From assembly GCA_903915625.1 (NCBI GenBank), contig CAIWTN010000088.1, positions 17,938 through 81,937 on the forward strand: a stretch of DNA of 64,000 nt, written 5' to 3'. The stretch comes from an uncultured Pseudomonadota bacterium. GTDB lineage: Bacteria; Bdellovibrionota_B; Oligoflexia; Oligoflexales; CAIYRB01. The stretch's first letter is position 1, and each line of letters starts with the position of its first letter. This document shows, piece by piece, positions 1-9,602 of the stretch. The translations under genes were made by a program, and so were the position numbers. The notes below the pieces were generated by a model. That model saw only the letters and a program-made list of their open reading frames with translations, was not told the origin of the DNA and made no database searches.

Positions 1-492
1 GGTAAAGTGAAGGCTTTGTACTACTTCTACGCAGCTATTACTGGAGTGACCGTTGGATTCGTTGGAATTATTTATACTGCGGCTAGTATCCTAAATATTT
101 TTGCCGCTGCAGCCTTTGCGTTTGGTGGATTGGCTGCATTTGGTTACAGCACTAAACGCAACCTTGGCGTAGTTGGAACGTTCTGCATTCAGGCCCTCTG
201 GATGACGATCGGTCTTTCACTCATTTACATGTTGAGCTCTTTTGTCCCGTTCCTTCGTCCATTCGCTCAGACACTTAACATCACCACTGGGATCCTAGGT
301 GTCTTGGTATTCTCCGGCCTGACTGCCTATGAATCACAGCTGCTCAGCCAAAACGCTTACTCCTTGGCACGCAGCAACGCTGATGAAGGCACAATAAGCC
401 TCTATACAACTAGCGGTGCTCTAACCATGTACTTGAACTTCATCAACTTATTCTTCAGCCTCTTGCGTCTATTCGGTGATCGTCGTCGCTAA
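1..492 (+). CDS. Bax inhibitor-1/YccA family inner-membrane protein (5' end cut by window edge)
   Basis: The frame of ORF 7..492 is open to base 1. The profile is multi-TM hydrophobic, with the C-terminal signature MYLNFINLFFSLLRLFG typical of the BI-1/YccA family. A terminator follows. Confidence 0.75.
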   Translation, partial: GKVKALYYFYAAITGVTVGFVGIIYTAASILNIFAAAAFAFGGLAAFGYSTKRNLGVVGTFCIQALWMTIGLSLIYMLSSFVPFLRPFAQTLNITTGILGVLVFSGLTAYESQLLSQNAYSLARSNADEGTISLYTTSGALTMYLNFINLFFSLLRLFGDRRR

Positions 493-532
493 TCAAATTG
501 GCAACGTCAAACTTCTTTGATCCATGACACAG

Positions 533-565
533 AAACGCCCGGTCAAGAACCGGGCGTTTTTATTT
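533..565 (+). terminator. Rho-independent terminator
   Basis: Perfect stem AAACGCCCGG / CCGGGCGTTT (533-542 / 550-559) with a 7-nt loop, followed by a T-run. Confidence 0.8.
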
Positions 566-595
566 ATTAAATCCTCAGAAAAAATTACCAACCCG

Positions 596-1348
596 CTAGT
601 TTGCCGTTACATCGACAACATCTATGCCAAAGGCTGATGTTTTGGTCCCGCGCGCAGTTACAATGACCGTGAATTTACCGCTGCCGCTTGGTTCCCAATT
701 AGTTTTAACTGCATTGCGCGTGTCAATTTTACCACCGCTCACAAACCAGCCGACACGAAAAGTCTCGTCATTTACTTCCGTAAGCTCAGCTTTAATCTCT
801 TGCTTGCTATTACCGATGGTGGAATCTTTAGTCGGAGTCGTGATCGATAATTTTGGCAAGTTATTGCGCGCGCTAAGTTGCGCTGATCCTTCCGGGTAAA
901 CTACAAGGTTCCCCACCATGATCTGCGAACCTTCGTTTGATTTCAGTGAAACGGCATAACGCACGGTTGCAAAACCATTATCTGGATCAAAGTAAATAAA
1001 ATTAGCTGCGGGCACAGTGGCTGTTGCCTTTATCTTTGCTAGGCGCAAACTTGCATGATCCTCGTATTCGACTCCATCGATAGTCAGAGGTAACTCGATT
1101 TTCCTGAGTGAGCCCTGCAGGTCGGAATACGGCTCAGCAGTGACTGTACCTCCCAGCGGCATAGCCGCATAAAAAGTCATCTGGACCTTGCTTACCGCAC
1201 TATCAGTGCTGGGCGGAGCCACAACTGGCGAAGTAACCAAACCCAGGCCCCGCAATTTGGCGATCTTCTCAAAGCGATCATCATCACCGTTACACCCAAT
1301 CAAAAATACCAATGCTGTAACAGCGAAAAAATTCGAACATATTTTCAT
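596..1348 (-). CDS. Lipoprotein of unknown function, translationally coupled to the upstream TonB-dependent receptor
   Basis: Signal peptide with lipobox (ALVFLIGC). The start overlaps the receptor stop by 4 nt. I recognised no family motif. Confidence 0.7.
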   Translation of the reverse strand: MKICSNFFAVTALVFLIGCNGDDDRFEKIAKLRGLGLVTSPVVAPPSTDSAVSKVQMTFYAAMPLGGTVTAEPYSDLQGSLRKIELPLTIDGVEYEDHASLRLAKIKATATVPAANFIYFDPDNGFATVRYAVSLKSNEGSQIMVGNLVVYPEGSAQLSARNNLPKLSITTPTKDSTIGNSKQEIKAELTEVNDETFRVGWFVSGGKIDTRNAVKTNWEPSGSGKFTVIVTARGTKTSAFGIDVVDVTAN

Positions 1349-3654
1349 AGAATCCCTCTCAGCTCAATGTAGGGAATCGGTGGAGCACCGCGGATATATT
1401 CAAGCTTGGAGTAATCGTAGTTATAGTTTACGCCTTGCACTTGTGGCCGTAACGCAAGATTCTCAATGCCAAAGCGCCAGGTCAATTTCCAGGTGTCAAA
1501 AAGCACTGCGCGATCAGCGTATAGATTGAGTTCATAATAAAGAGGCTCTCTCTTGTTATAGAGGGGTGTCAGAGGAGATTGCCTAGCTTCATACTGATTT
1601 AAATTCACATTATAAACCGAGTAGTCCACGCCATTGAAAGTGTTGCCACTGCGTAAAAGCCCACGTCCACCAAAAGTCCAGAGAGCGGAAGCTTTATAGC
1701 TACCGGTGATATTTAGCACATGGGATTGGTCGTACTCAGAGTTATGGTATTTTTGCCCAGAATTCTCGCGCGCCTTATTGATCGAGTAGGTGTAGGCCAA
1801 CCACCCAAACAACCTCTCAGTTAAGTTCCTTCGGACAAAAAGCTCTAGACCCGTACTAAATGCATCACCACTGTTATCGAGATTTGTCTTTGGATTGCTC
1901 TGAACCGTATTTTCAATGGTCTTATAGAATGCCTGGACATCAGATAGCCATAGATCACTCCAGATAGTTTCAACACCGAGCACGTAATGACGCGACCGGA
2001 TAAACTTTAAGTCGGGATTACCAAAGCTACTATCAGTCTCAGCAAACTCAGGTGTTTGCGAGTACTGACCCACTGCCCCCTTAAGCGAATTCATTTGACC
2101 CAATTGGTAACGCCAATTTATGCGCGGATCGACTCCCCCAGTCTTCAACTGCGAGTAGCGAAAGGCCCTAATACCTGGCATCAGGAGCAAATCACCGGCC
2201 CACGCTTCACTGCCCAACCAAAAGCTTTCCGAAGTATAAGGTGTATTACGTTCGACTTTCTTCTGCGGTGCTGACTGTGGATTGTAGAATGGGTCGCTCG
2301 GATTGGGTTGTGGTGCCAGCACCTTTACGGACGCTTTTCCGTACGTTAGCTCTGTACCGACATATAGACGATTTTTACCACCTAACTTGCGCGACGCCTC
2401 CGCATAGACAGCACCACCGGTGACTGCGATATCAATATTATTATTTACAATATCAATCGAATTTTGCTGGTGACTAAGACTTGGCTCTATCTTCATCGTC
2501 CAGTCTGTATTGAGATCCTTCTTCCATTCCACACCCAACAGTTCAAACGAACGCTGAATATCAAACTTCGCCCTGCCATCTGATGTAGTCGATAAATCTG
2601 AGTTAAGAGCTAACTTGACCCCATCATAAACATGCGCACCAATCACTTTGACAAACCCATCCTCGGTAGGATGCACGTAGAAGAGATGCTCATCACCAAA
2701 CAAGGGAAGGACCGTTAGATCCATACTTTTGGATCGTTTCAAAATAGGCGGCAATAAAACGTCTAAGTAACTGCGCCTAGCTGATAACGCGACGTAGTCT
2801 TTGCCATCGTTGACCGGCTGCTCGTGATAAATAGACGAGAAAATCGGGATATTGACCCGAAATTCGGTCTTAGCGCGCTCTGGAATCTCACTTTTTGTAC
2901 GCAAATTCACCACGCCACCTGTGACATTTCCGCGCTCAGGGCCGAAGCCCCCTGTAGAAAAGGCCACGTCGTTGACGATTTGATCAGGAATTACAGAAAT
3001 ATTGCCAAATGAGTGAAAAATGAAGGGCACCTGAAAGTCATCAATCACATAGAGAGAACCACTCGGCGGCGACCCACGAATGACGATATCAGTCCGGAAA
3101 TTGTTTACCTGCACTCCAGGCAATAGCCGTGGGATTTGTGCTGGGTCACGCCCCGGGGCCACTCTCACGGCCTCCTCGGTAGTCACGGTCTTGCGCGAAG
3201 CTTCTGTCGGTTTTTCACCACGAACGACGATCTCGTTGCTGTCACTCGGAGCTGCAGGCAATAGGTATATTGCATTTGGTTGGGACACAGACAGATCCTT
3301 GACCTGCACCGTCAGCGGCTCAAAGCCCGACCTATAAAGCTCAAAACGCTCTGCACCGCTTGGCACACGAATGTTCAGATTACCGTCCTTATCAGAGTAC
3401 AACTTACTGCCGTCTGATAATTTTGCCTCGACTCGACGCAGCGGGACCCCAGTACCCTTAGCCATGACCTTCAAGGTGATGGGCCCTGCCTCAGGATCTG
3501 CAATGGCTGGATCTGCGCTCAGAGCCGCCGCCAACAGCACGCTCCAGCTAAATATTAAGTTCAAAAGAAGGCGCAAACAAAGGGGACGAGAAGTCGTAAG
3601 ACAACGCAGCATGGACCTAATACCCCGTCGGATGTTTGCTGCTATCCTACGCAA
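1345..3654 (-). CDS. TonB-dependent outer-membrane receptor with N-terminal carboxypeptidase-regulatory-like domain (SusC/RagA-like architecture)
   Basis: Signal peptide (...LLAAALSADPAIA), a beta-sandwich segment (ITLKVMAKGTGVPL...FELYRSGFEPLTVQV), a plug region (EIVVRGEK...LLPGVQV...IVIRG), then a long barrel. The true start may be the internal ATG at 3612. Confidence 0.85.
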   Translation of the reverse strand: MRRIAANIRRGIRSMLRCLTTSRPLCLRLLLNLIFSWSVLLAAALSADPAIADPEAGPITLKVMAKGTGVPLRRVEAKLSDGSKLYSDKDGNLNIRVPSGAERFELYRSGFEPLTVQVKDLSVSQPNAIYLLPAAPSDSNEIVVRGEKPTEASRKTVTTEEAVRVAPGRDPAQIPRLLPGVQVNNFRTDIVIRGSPPSGSLYVIDDFQVPFIFHSFGNISVIPDQIVNDVAFSTGGFGPERGNVTGGVVNLRTKSEIPERAKTEFRVNIPIFSSIYHEQPVNDGKDYVALSARRSYLDVLLPPILKRSKSMDLTVLPLFGDEHLFYVHPTEDGFVKVIGAHVYDGVKLALNSDLSTTSDGRAKFDIQRSFELLGVEWKKDLNTDWTMKIEPSLSHQQNSIDIVNNNIDIAVTGGAVYAEASRKLGGKNRLYVGTELTYGKASVKVLAPQPNPSDPFYNPQSAPQKKVERNTPYTSESFWLGSEAWAGDLLLMPGIRAFRYSQLKTGGVDPRINWRYQLGQMNSLKGAVGQYSQTPEFAETDSSFGNPDLKFIRSRHYVLGVETIWSDLWLSDVQAFYKTIENTVQSNPKTNLDNSGDAFSTGLELFVRRNLTERLFGWLAYTYSINKARENSGQKYHNSEYDQSHVLNITGSYKASALWTFGGRGLLRSGNTFNGVDYSVYNVNLNQYEARQSPLTPLYNKREPLYYELNLYADRAVLFDTWKLTWRFGIENLALRPQVQGVNYNYDYSKLEYIRGAPPIPYIELRGIL

Positions 3655-3701
3655 TCTAAACGGATTGGCAAAGTATCCATTGAATAAGTTAAGATAGAGC
3701 C

Positions 3702-4403
3702 ATGTTTAAACTGAACTCTGTTAATTGGGCGTGGATTTGGCTTGCGAGCGCTGTGTTCTCGCTTGTAGTGCATGTGGGCGGAGCTGAGTTCTTCCACCAG
3801 ACCGGGAAACTTAAGCCTGAGCCACTGCGACCGGTAAAGGTAAAGATTGTAGAACAGAAACCTGAGCTCAAGATAGAGCCAGCTCCGCCACCAACGCCGC
3901 CGCCAAAATTGAAACCAAAGCCAAAGCCTAAAGCTCAGAAGGTCGCCAGCGAGCGCAAAGCTCCCCCACCAAAGCCTAATCAGCCGCCACCAAAGCCAGT
4001 CCAAGGCCTAACGGCGGATGCGATGAGTCCCGGCGGAAAAGTCGCCATGCCGCTTGGCAACACTCTGATGACGGCAGACACGGGAGAGCGTCTCAAAGAG
4101 GCTCCGCAAGCCTTTGCTAGCGACCTCAGTTCTGAGCCTGAATTAATCCGAGACTCGATTATTAAGCCTGAGTACACCCAAGCCGCTATAGAAGCTGGCC
4201 TCGAGGGCTCCGCTATTGTGGAGGTGTTAGTGGCAGAAACCGGTAGAGTGACTGACGCGGAGATCAAACGCCGCATCGGTTTCGGCATGGATGAGCGCAT
4301 TATGGAATCTGCCCGGGGCGCACGGTTCAAGCCACGCAAAAACCGCTACGGGCGCCCCGAAACTAGTTGGACAGAGATTAAATTCACCCTCCAGCTACCC
4401 TAA
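3702..4403 (+). CDS. TonB family energy transducer
   Basis: N-terminal TM anchor, Pro/Lys-rich spacer (PAPPPTPPPKLKPKPKPK) and C-terminal TonB domain (EYTQAAIEAGLEGSAIVEVLV...). It is divergent from the receptor gene. Confidence 0.85.
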   Translation: MFKLNSVNWAWIWLASAVFSLVVHVGGAEFFHQTGKLKPEPLRPVKVKIVEQKPELKIEPAPPPTPPPKLKPKPKPKAQKVASERKAPPPKPNQPPPKPVQGLTADAMSPGGKVAMPLGNTLMTADTGERLKEAPQAFASDLSSEPELIRDSIIKPEYTQAAIEAGLEGSAIVEVLVAETGRVTDAEIKRRIGFGMDERIMESARGARFKPRKNRYGRPETSWTEIKFTLQLP

Positions 4404-4414
4404 ATCAATACCGC

Positions 4415-6718
4415 TCACAAAGATAAGCCCGTCAGAATGTCGGATCTTTTACCCACTGAGATGACCCACAGTTGGTGGACCGCGCGGGTAATCGCGATGT
4501 GTAGTGCGCGTCGAGCTACGGCAGTATCTGGATAAACGCCCAGATTAACATCTGGGAGAATGACGTAATCGAACTCCAGGCCCTTTACTTGGGCAATGTT
4601 AGTGATATCAATGCCCGGCTTAAACGTGAATTCGCCATCAGTCACAAGTCTTACATCAAGATTGTTTGCCAAGGCGTTATAGAAGTGGAGAGCGTTTTCT
4701 TCGTTCTCACAAATAATCGCCACCGAGGCTAGCGGCTCTTTACTCGTTAACTGACTTAAAGCATCCGTGATCTCGACGATAGCAAGCCCTTCGTTTGGCA
4801 CTGCTGTGAAAATTACGTCACGCCCATCACGAATCGAAGTCGGTAGGGCTGCTGGAGCCAGATGACCGAGCACCTTATGGCCAAATTCCGCAACGGGTCG
4901 AGGACAGCGGTAATTCGTAGTAAGCCTAGCCTCTGAACTTTCGGCAACCGCCAACTGCGACAAAACGTCATCCCAACTACGGAAGACTACTGTCGGGTCG
5001 GACTGCTGAGCAGCATCGCCAGCGATAGTTACTGTGGAATCGGGGCTCAGACTTTGACCCAAAACTTTAAGCTCAACAGGAGCAAGATCCTGTGCCTCGT
5101 CGATCACTAAGTGATGATACTCGGTGATGGATTTGGTCTTACGAGTCACGCGTCCGTGAGTTACCAAAAGCCAGCCAAGAAGCACTGCATAGTCTTCGAC
5201 ATCGATGGTGCCTGCATAATCATCAACCTCGACCTCAGCACCTTCTACATCTCGATTATTATCGTCATCATCCCCGCCACCGCGAGACTGATTCTGCGGC
5301 TCCTCGAACTGCCGGCGTGTGTGACGGGCCAATTCCGCGATCATTCTGGGATGGATGTGACCCTCGCCATGGGCCACCAAGGCCTCGAGTGGCTCAGCAT
5401 CGCCATACAGCTCCGACCGGATCAAATCGAGATCGAGGAGTTTTTCTTTCGACTCGTTGATAAAGCGACCTACTGTGTCTAACTGCCACTTACTAAGGGT
5501 AGCGTTGCCCGCAGTGCCGCGAGCCTTGCAAGCGTCCCAGAATTCGTCAAGTCGAGGCACCAATGGCTTTTGCGAGGCTACAAAATTAGCTACTAAATCA
5601 TCAGCCCAACCTTGCATGAGGGACTTTAATCCATCAGCTACATGAACAGATTTCTTTCCTGCGAGCGCTTCTAAGGCTTTAACAATCGCCGGGTGCCGTT
5701 TGATATACACGACCGCCGGGGGCGTCCAGTCATAAATCTTCTTAGGCAAACGCTTAAGAATATGACGCCCTTGATCGCTGATCCATGCATCAAATGTATC
5801 GACTTTAACCGAAGGCAGCCCAAGACCAGCCAGCAGACGCTGCGTTAACCGCACGATACCCTGCTCAGGAACAACCACCTGCATAAAACGTTGAGCATAA
5901 AATCCAGGCCTTTGGTAAGCCAACAGTGCCATTCTGTGCAGGGCCACTGTCGTTTTACCGCTACCTGCTCCGCCCAAAATAAGGAGTGCTCCGCGGTCCT
6001 CGCGTCGCAGTATTTCGTACTGATCTGGGTCAAGCAGTGCCGATACATCTGGCAACTTACGATTGGTGATACCAATACCAAATTGCTGCACGTTAACGGC
6101 CGTGCCTGCACCGCCGCTAAGTTCAGGATTAATTTGGCCACCATGGCGACGCCACGGCTGACCTCTTTCGCGCGTTAGCGTGAAATCTGGAGAGGTAATG
6201 CCGGTAAGCTCACCACCGTCAAAGGTTATAACTCTGCGCATAGCCAAGATGCCTACGGCGATGCGCCCCGGGAGCTCGAGTTCGTACTCGTCGCCCTGAC
6301 GGTAGTTGAAAAAGACCCTGGCCATCGCGGCATGTCGCCAATCGATAATGGTGGCCCCTGATTTACTATCAATAAAGGTTTGATAGCCGAGCAAGACATC
6401 CCTGACCTTGCCGTTTTCCAACAGTTGGACGTGGGCAAAATAGGGAGCCCGCATATCAGGCAGTTTCTTTGTGAAATCGCGCGCTGCTAAGCTATGGTGA
6501 GTATAAAGCTGCTGAAAAAGTGCAGGTAGATCATGCTCATTGGCGCTGATCGCCTCATCCCGCAGCTCTACTAAGCGCTTTTTAATTTCATTCATGTCCG
6601 GAACAGCAGCCAATGCCTCAGCTCGCACTGCCTGCTTCACCTTCTCATGCAAAGCCAATTCCGAATCGATGATTTTTTGATCTTCAGGCGTTAAAGCAGC
6701 ACCTGCATCGTGAGTCAT
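4415..6718 (-). CDS. UvrD/REP-superfamily helicase, HelD / helicase IV-like
   Basis: Walker A GGAGSGKTTVALHRMALL. The N-terminal block APYFAHVQLLENGK...TIIDWRHAAMARVFF resembles the HelD N-domain. C-terminal UvrD_C motifs are present (VKGLEFDYVILP, ITRAVHQLWV). RBS GAGGTGG precedes ATG 6718; the track start 6724 is GTG. Confidence 0.85.
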   Translation of the reverse strand: MTHDAGAALTPEDQKIIDSELALHEKVKQAVRAEALAAVPDMNEIKKRLVELRDEAISANEHDLPALFQQLYTHHSLAARDFTKKLPDMRAPYFAHVQLLENGKVRDVLLGYQTFIDSKSGATIIDWRHAAMARVFFNYRQGDEYELELPGRIAVGILAMRRVITFDGGELTGITSPDFTLTRERGQPWRRHGGQINPELSGGAGTAVNVQQFGIGITNRKLPDVSALLDPDQYEILRREDRGALLILGGAGSGKTTVALHRMALLAYQRPGFYAQRFMQVVVPEQGIVRLTQRLLAGLGLPSVKVDTFDAWISDQGRHILKRLPKKIYDWTPPAVVYIKRHPAIVKALEALAGKKSVHVADGLKSLMQGWADDLVANFVASQKPLVPRLDEFWDACKARGTAGNATLSKWQLDTVGRFINESKEKLLDLDLIRSELYGDAEPLEALVAHGEGHIHPRMIAELARHTRRQFEEPQNQSRGGGDDDDNNRDVEGAEVEVDDYAGTIDVEDYAVLLGWLLVTHGRVTRKTKSITEYHHLVIDEAQDLAPVELKVLGQSLSPDSTVTIAGDAAQQSDPTVVFRSWDDVLSQLAVAESSEARLTTNYRCPRPVAEFGHKVLGHLAPAALPTSIRDGRDVIFTAVPNEGLAIVEITDALSQLTSKEPLASVAIICENEENALHFYNALANNLDVRLVTDGEFTFKPGIDITNIAQVKGLEFDYVILPDVNLGVYPDTAVARRALHIAITRAVHQLWVISVGKRSDILTGLSL

Positions 6719-6803
6719 AGCCACCTCTAATTGACGGCAAAAAAGCTATTTACGGTATCATGGTTTCAACGGTGCGTCGATCTGGAGGTCGATGCGGCGC
6801 CAT

Positions 6804-6845
6804 AAGAAAAACTCCTGCTTGTCCGAGAGGGAGCAAACAGGAGCA
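6804..6845 (-). terminator. Rho-independent terminator downstream of lon
   Basis: 10-bp stem (6812-6821 / 6834-6843, one mismatch), followed on the minus strand by a T-run (the A-run 6806-6811 on plus). Confidence 0.7.
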
Positions 6846-6865
6846 AGTGCGTGGGAAAGAAATAG

Positions 6866-9244
6866 TTACTGGGCTGGGTTTGAGGCCGCTGCCGGAGCCG
6901 CTAGCGGCACCAATTGAGCCACCTCGCCAACGTCTAAATCTAGAGCAATCTTGAGAACTTCCTGGGCTGTGTCAGCAAATTCAAAGCGCAATTTTTCCTT
7001 CACCTCCTCGGGCACATCACGTAGGTCCTTTTGATTGCGCTTCGGCAGAAGTACACGCTCGATACCAGCGCGGTGTGCCGCCATCACCTTCTCTTTGATG
7101 CCACCAACGGGCATCACAGAACCGCGCAAAGTAATCTCACCCGTCATTGCCAGCACAGGGCTAACGCGCCTGCCGGTGAACAGCGAAGCCAATGTCGTGA
7201 GCATGGCCACACCGGCTGATGGGCCGTCTTTGGGGATTGCTCCCGATGGAACATGGATGTGGATGTCCTTTTTCTCATAATCAAACCCGGGAACGAACGC
7301 CGGCAAGTTTGAACGCACCAAACTAAGAGCAATCTGGGCCGACTCTTTCATCACGTCGCCTAGTTGGCCTGTGAGTGTAAGTTTGCCCGATCCCGGCATT
7401 AGGCTGGCTTCGATAAATAAGATTTCCCCGCCCACAGGGGTCCATGCCAAGCCAGTGACTACGCCTGGTTGCACCACACGCTCCGCCACCTCATGCACAA
7501 AACGCTCGGGGCCTAACATCTCTTCTAGGTCACTCAGCTCCACAACCAGTAATTCCCCCCTCGCCTCTAGCACCTTCTCGGTCATGAATCGCATAACTTC
7601 AGAGACCTTCCGCTCAAGATCACGGACGCCAGCCTCTCGCGTGTAGTGAGTAATGATTCGCATCAACGCATCATCTGCTAGTCGAACTTCTTCAGGTTTA
7701 ATACCGTGCTCAGCCAGCTGCTTTGGTATCAAGTGACTCTTTGCAATATGCAACTTCTCTGCCGTCGTATAGCCGCTAAGCTCGATCACTTCCATGCGGT
7801 CAAGTAACGGCCCAGGAATAGACTCCAGGTTATTAGCCGTCGCAATAAAGAACACCTTCGAAAGATCAAATGGTACGTCTAGGTAATGATCAGAAAAGCT
7901 GGCATTCTGCTCGGGATCGAGCACTTCCAGCAAAGCAGCAGACGGATCACCGGCAAATCCACGGCCTAATTTATCAATCTCGTCGAGCATGAACACTGGA
8001 TTATTTACTGCAGCTCGCTTTATACCCTGAATGATACGACCGGGCATTGCGCCCACATAAGTGCGCCTATGGCCGCGAATTTCCGCATCGTCCCGCACGC
8101 CACCAAGGCTCACACGTACAAACTTGCGCCCCAAAGCCTTGGCTACACTCTGACCAAGGCTTGTTTTACCAACCCCAGGCGGGCCGACAAAAAGTAAAAT
8201 TGAACCACGCCGATCCTGCTTCAGTTTCAAGACGGCAAGGTGTTGAATAATTCGCCTTTTGATTTTCTCAAGACCATAATGGTCGCGATCAAGCAGGGCG
8301 CGAGCTGCATCCAAATCTAAATTATCAACTGTCGACTCATCCCATGGCATAGCCAGCAGTAAGTCGAGATAGTTCCGTACAACATGTGTCTCGGGCGACG
8401 AGCTCCCCAAATCGGATAAGCGCTTAGCCTCATCAAGCGCAATCTTTTTCACGGACTCAGGCATAACCGCTTTATTAACTTTATCGACGTAATCATCGCG
8501 CGCTTTACCAGAATCCTCCTCACCTAGCTCTTCCTTGATAGCTCGCATTTGCTCACGTAGGATTGCTTCACGCTGCATTTTGCCCATCTTAGTCGAGAGC
8601 TTCTCACGAATCTCGCTCTGCAACTGTAGAGCCTCTTTCTGACTCTGCATGAGCTCCAAAAGTTTCAGCGATCGCTGTCGTATCGATGTCATCTCAAGCA
8701 GCTCTTGCTTGGTCGCTAACGGCACTTCTAGGTACTCAGCGCAAAGATTCATGAGCAAAACGGCATCATCCAATCCCGCGATAAGCTCAACCACTTGCCT
8801 AGTATCTCCAGGTATCAATTGGAGAATCTCGCGAGCGAGGCCTTTGACGTTAGCGACTAATGCTTCAAGTGTCTTAGCATCAGCATCGTTTAAATCCTCA
8901 AGAGCCTCACCTTTAGCACCGACAAATCCGTCCTGTTCTTCAAACGCAGCGACATGAATACGGCTAAGTCCTCTCACAAGCACTTGGTAGCCATGCTCTG
9001 TCGAGCCGCGTAGCTTTTCAATCTTGCAGAGAGTCCCTATGGCGAACACATCGTTGGTAGTGGGGTCTCCGCTAACTTCGTTCTTCTGAGCGACGGCTAC
9101 TATAAAACCGTCATCAGCATTAGCCGCCTCAATAGCTGCCACGCTTTTTGGCCGACCAATGTTAAGGGGCAAAGTAGTGCCAGGGAAGATCACCACGTTG
9201 CGCGTTGGAAGCACCGGATAAATCTTATCTTGAACCAAATCCAT
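6866..9244 (-). CDS. lon: ATP-dependent Lon protease (LonA)
   Basis: N-terminal LON substrate-binding domain, AAA+ Walker A GPPGVGKTS, and C-terminal protease domain with PKDGPSAGVAM (catalytic Ser). ATG with RBS GTGAGGT. Confidence 0.97.
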   Translation of the reverse strand: MDLVQDKIYPVLPTRNVVIFPGTTLPLNIGRPKSVAAIEAANADDGFIVAVAQKNEVSGDPTTNDVFAIGTLCKIEKLRGSTEHGYQVLVRGLSRIHVAAFEEQDGFVGAKGEALEDLNDADAKTLEALVANVKGLAREILQLIPGDTRQVVELIAGLDDAVLLMNLCAEYLEVPLATKQELLEMTSIRQRSLKLLELMQSQKEALQLQSEIREKLSTKMGKMQREAILREQMRAIKEELGEEDSGKARDDYVDKVNKAVMPESVKKIALDEAKRLSDLGSSSPETHVVRNYLDLLLAMPWDESTVDNLDLDAARALLDRDHYGLEKIKRRIIQHLAVLKLKQDRRGSILLFVGPPGVGKTSLGQSVAKALGRKFVRVSLGGVRDDAEIRGHRRTYVGAMPGRIIQGIKRAAVNNPVFMLDEIDKLGRGFAGDPSAALLEVLDPEQNASFSDHYLDVPFDLSKVFFIATANNLESIPGPLLDRMEVIELSGYTTAEKLHIAKSHLIPKQLAEHGIKPEEVRLADDALMRIITHYTREAGVRDLERKVSEVMRFMTEKVLEARGELLVVELSDLEEMLGPERFVHEVAERVVQPGVVTGLAWTPVGGEILFIEASLMPGSGKLTLTGQLGDVMKESAQIALSLVRSNLPAFVPGFDYEKKDIHIHVPSGAIPKDGPSAGVAMLTTLASLFTGRRVSPVLAMTGEITLRGSVMPVGGIKEKVMAAHRAGIERVLLPKRNQKDLRDVPEEVKEKLRFEFADTAQEVLKIALDLDVGEVAQLVPLAAPAAASNPAQ

Positions 9245-9602
9245 ATAATTAACCTCACTAAAGCCTGAGAGCTTGAGACACTAATGAAAGTGTGGCGCCT
9301 TTGATTAATGTCAATGGCGTGAGGTCAATATGAAAAAACTTCATAACTTATATTTGAACATTTAATTTGCAGAGCCCCCGAACTGACTGGCTTAGGGGAA
9401 GAGGAAACCACCCAAATCATACACAACATATTATAATTATTGATTTAAATGATTATTTTCAGATACAGAAAACGAGCTTTGTCGAATTTAACTTGATCAA
9501 AACCTGTACGAGGCTTAAAGTTATGGAAGATCAGGGCGCTGTGACTCTAGCTCGGGGGGGCTAAAGAAACGGAGGCACCTGATCTATTTTTTTGTCTATT
9601 TT

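Noticed and set aside
9367-9564. 65-aa ORF in the lon upstream spacer as a protein gene.
   Set aside because: It has a TTG start, no RBS, and a low-complexity AT-driven composition (HIIIIDLNDYF). It is more likely non-coding.
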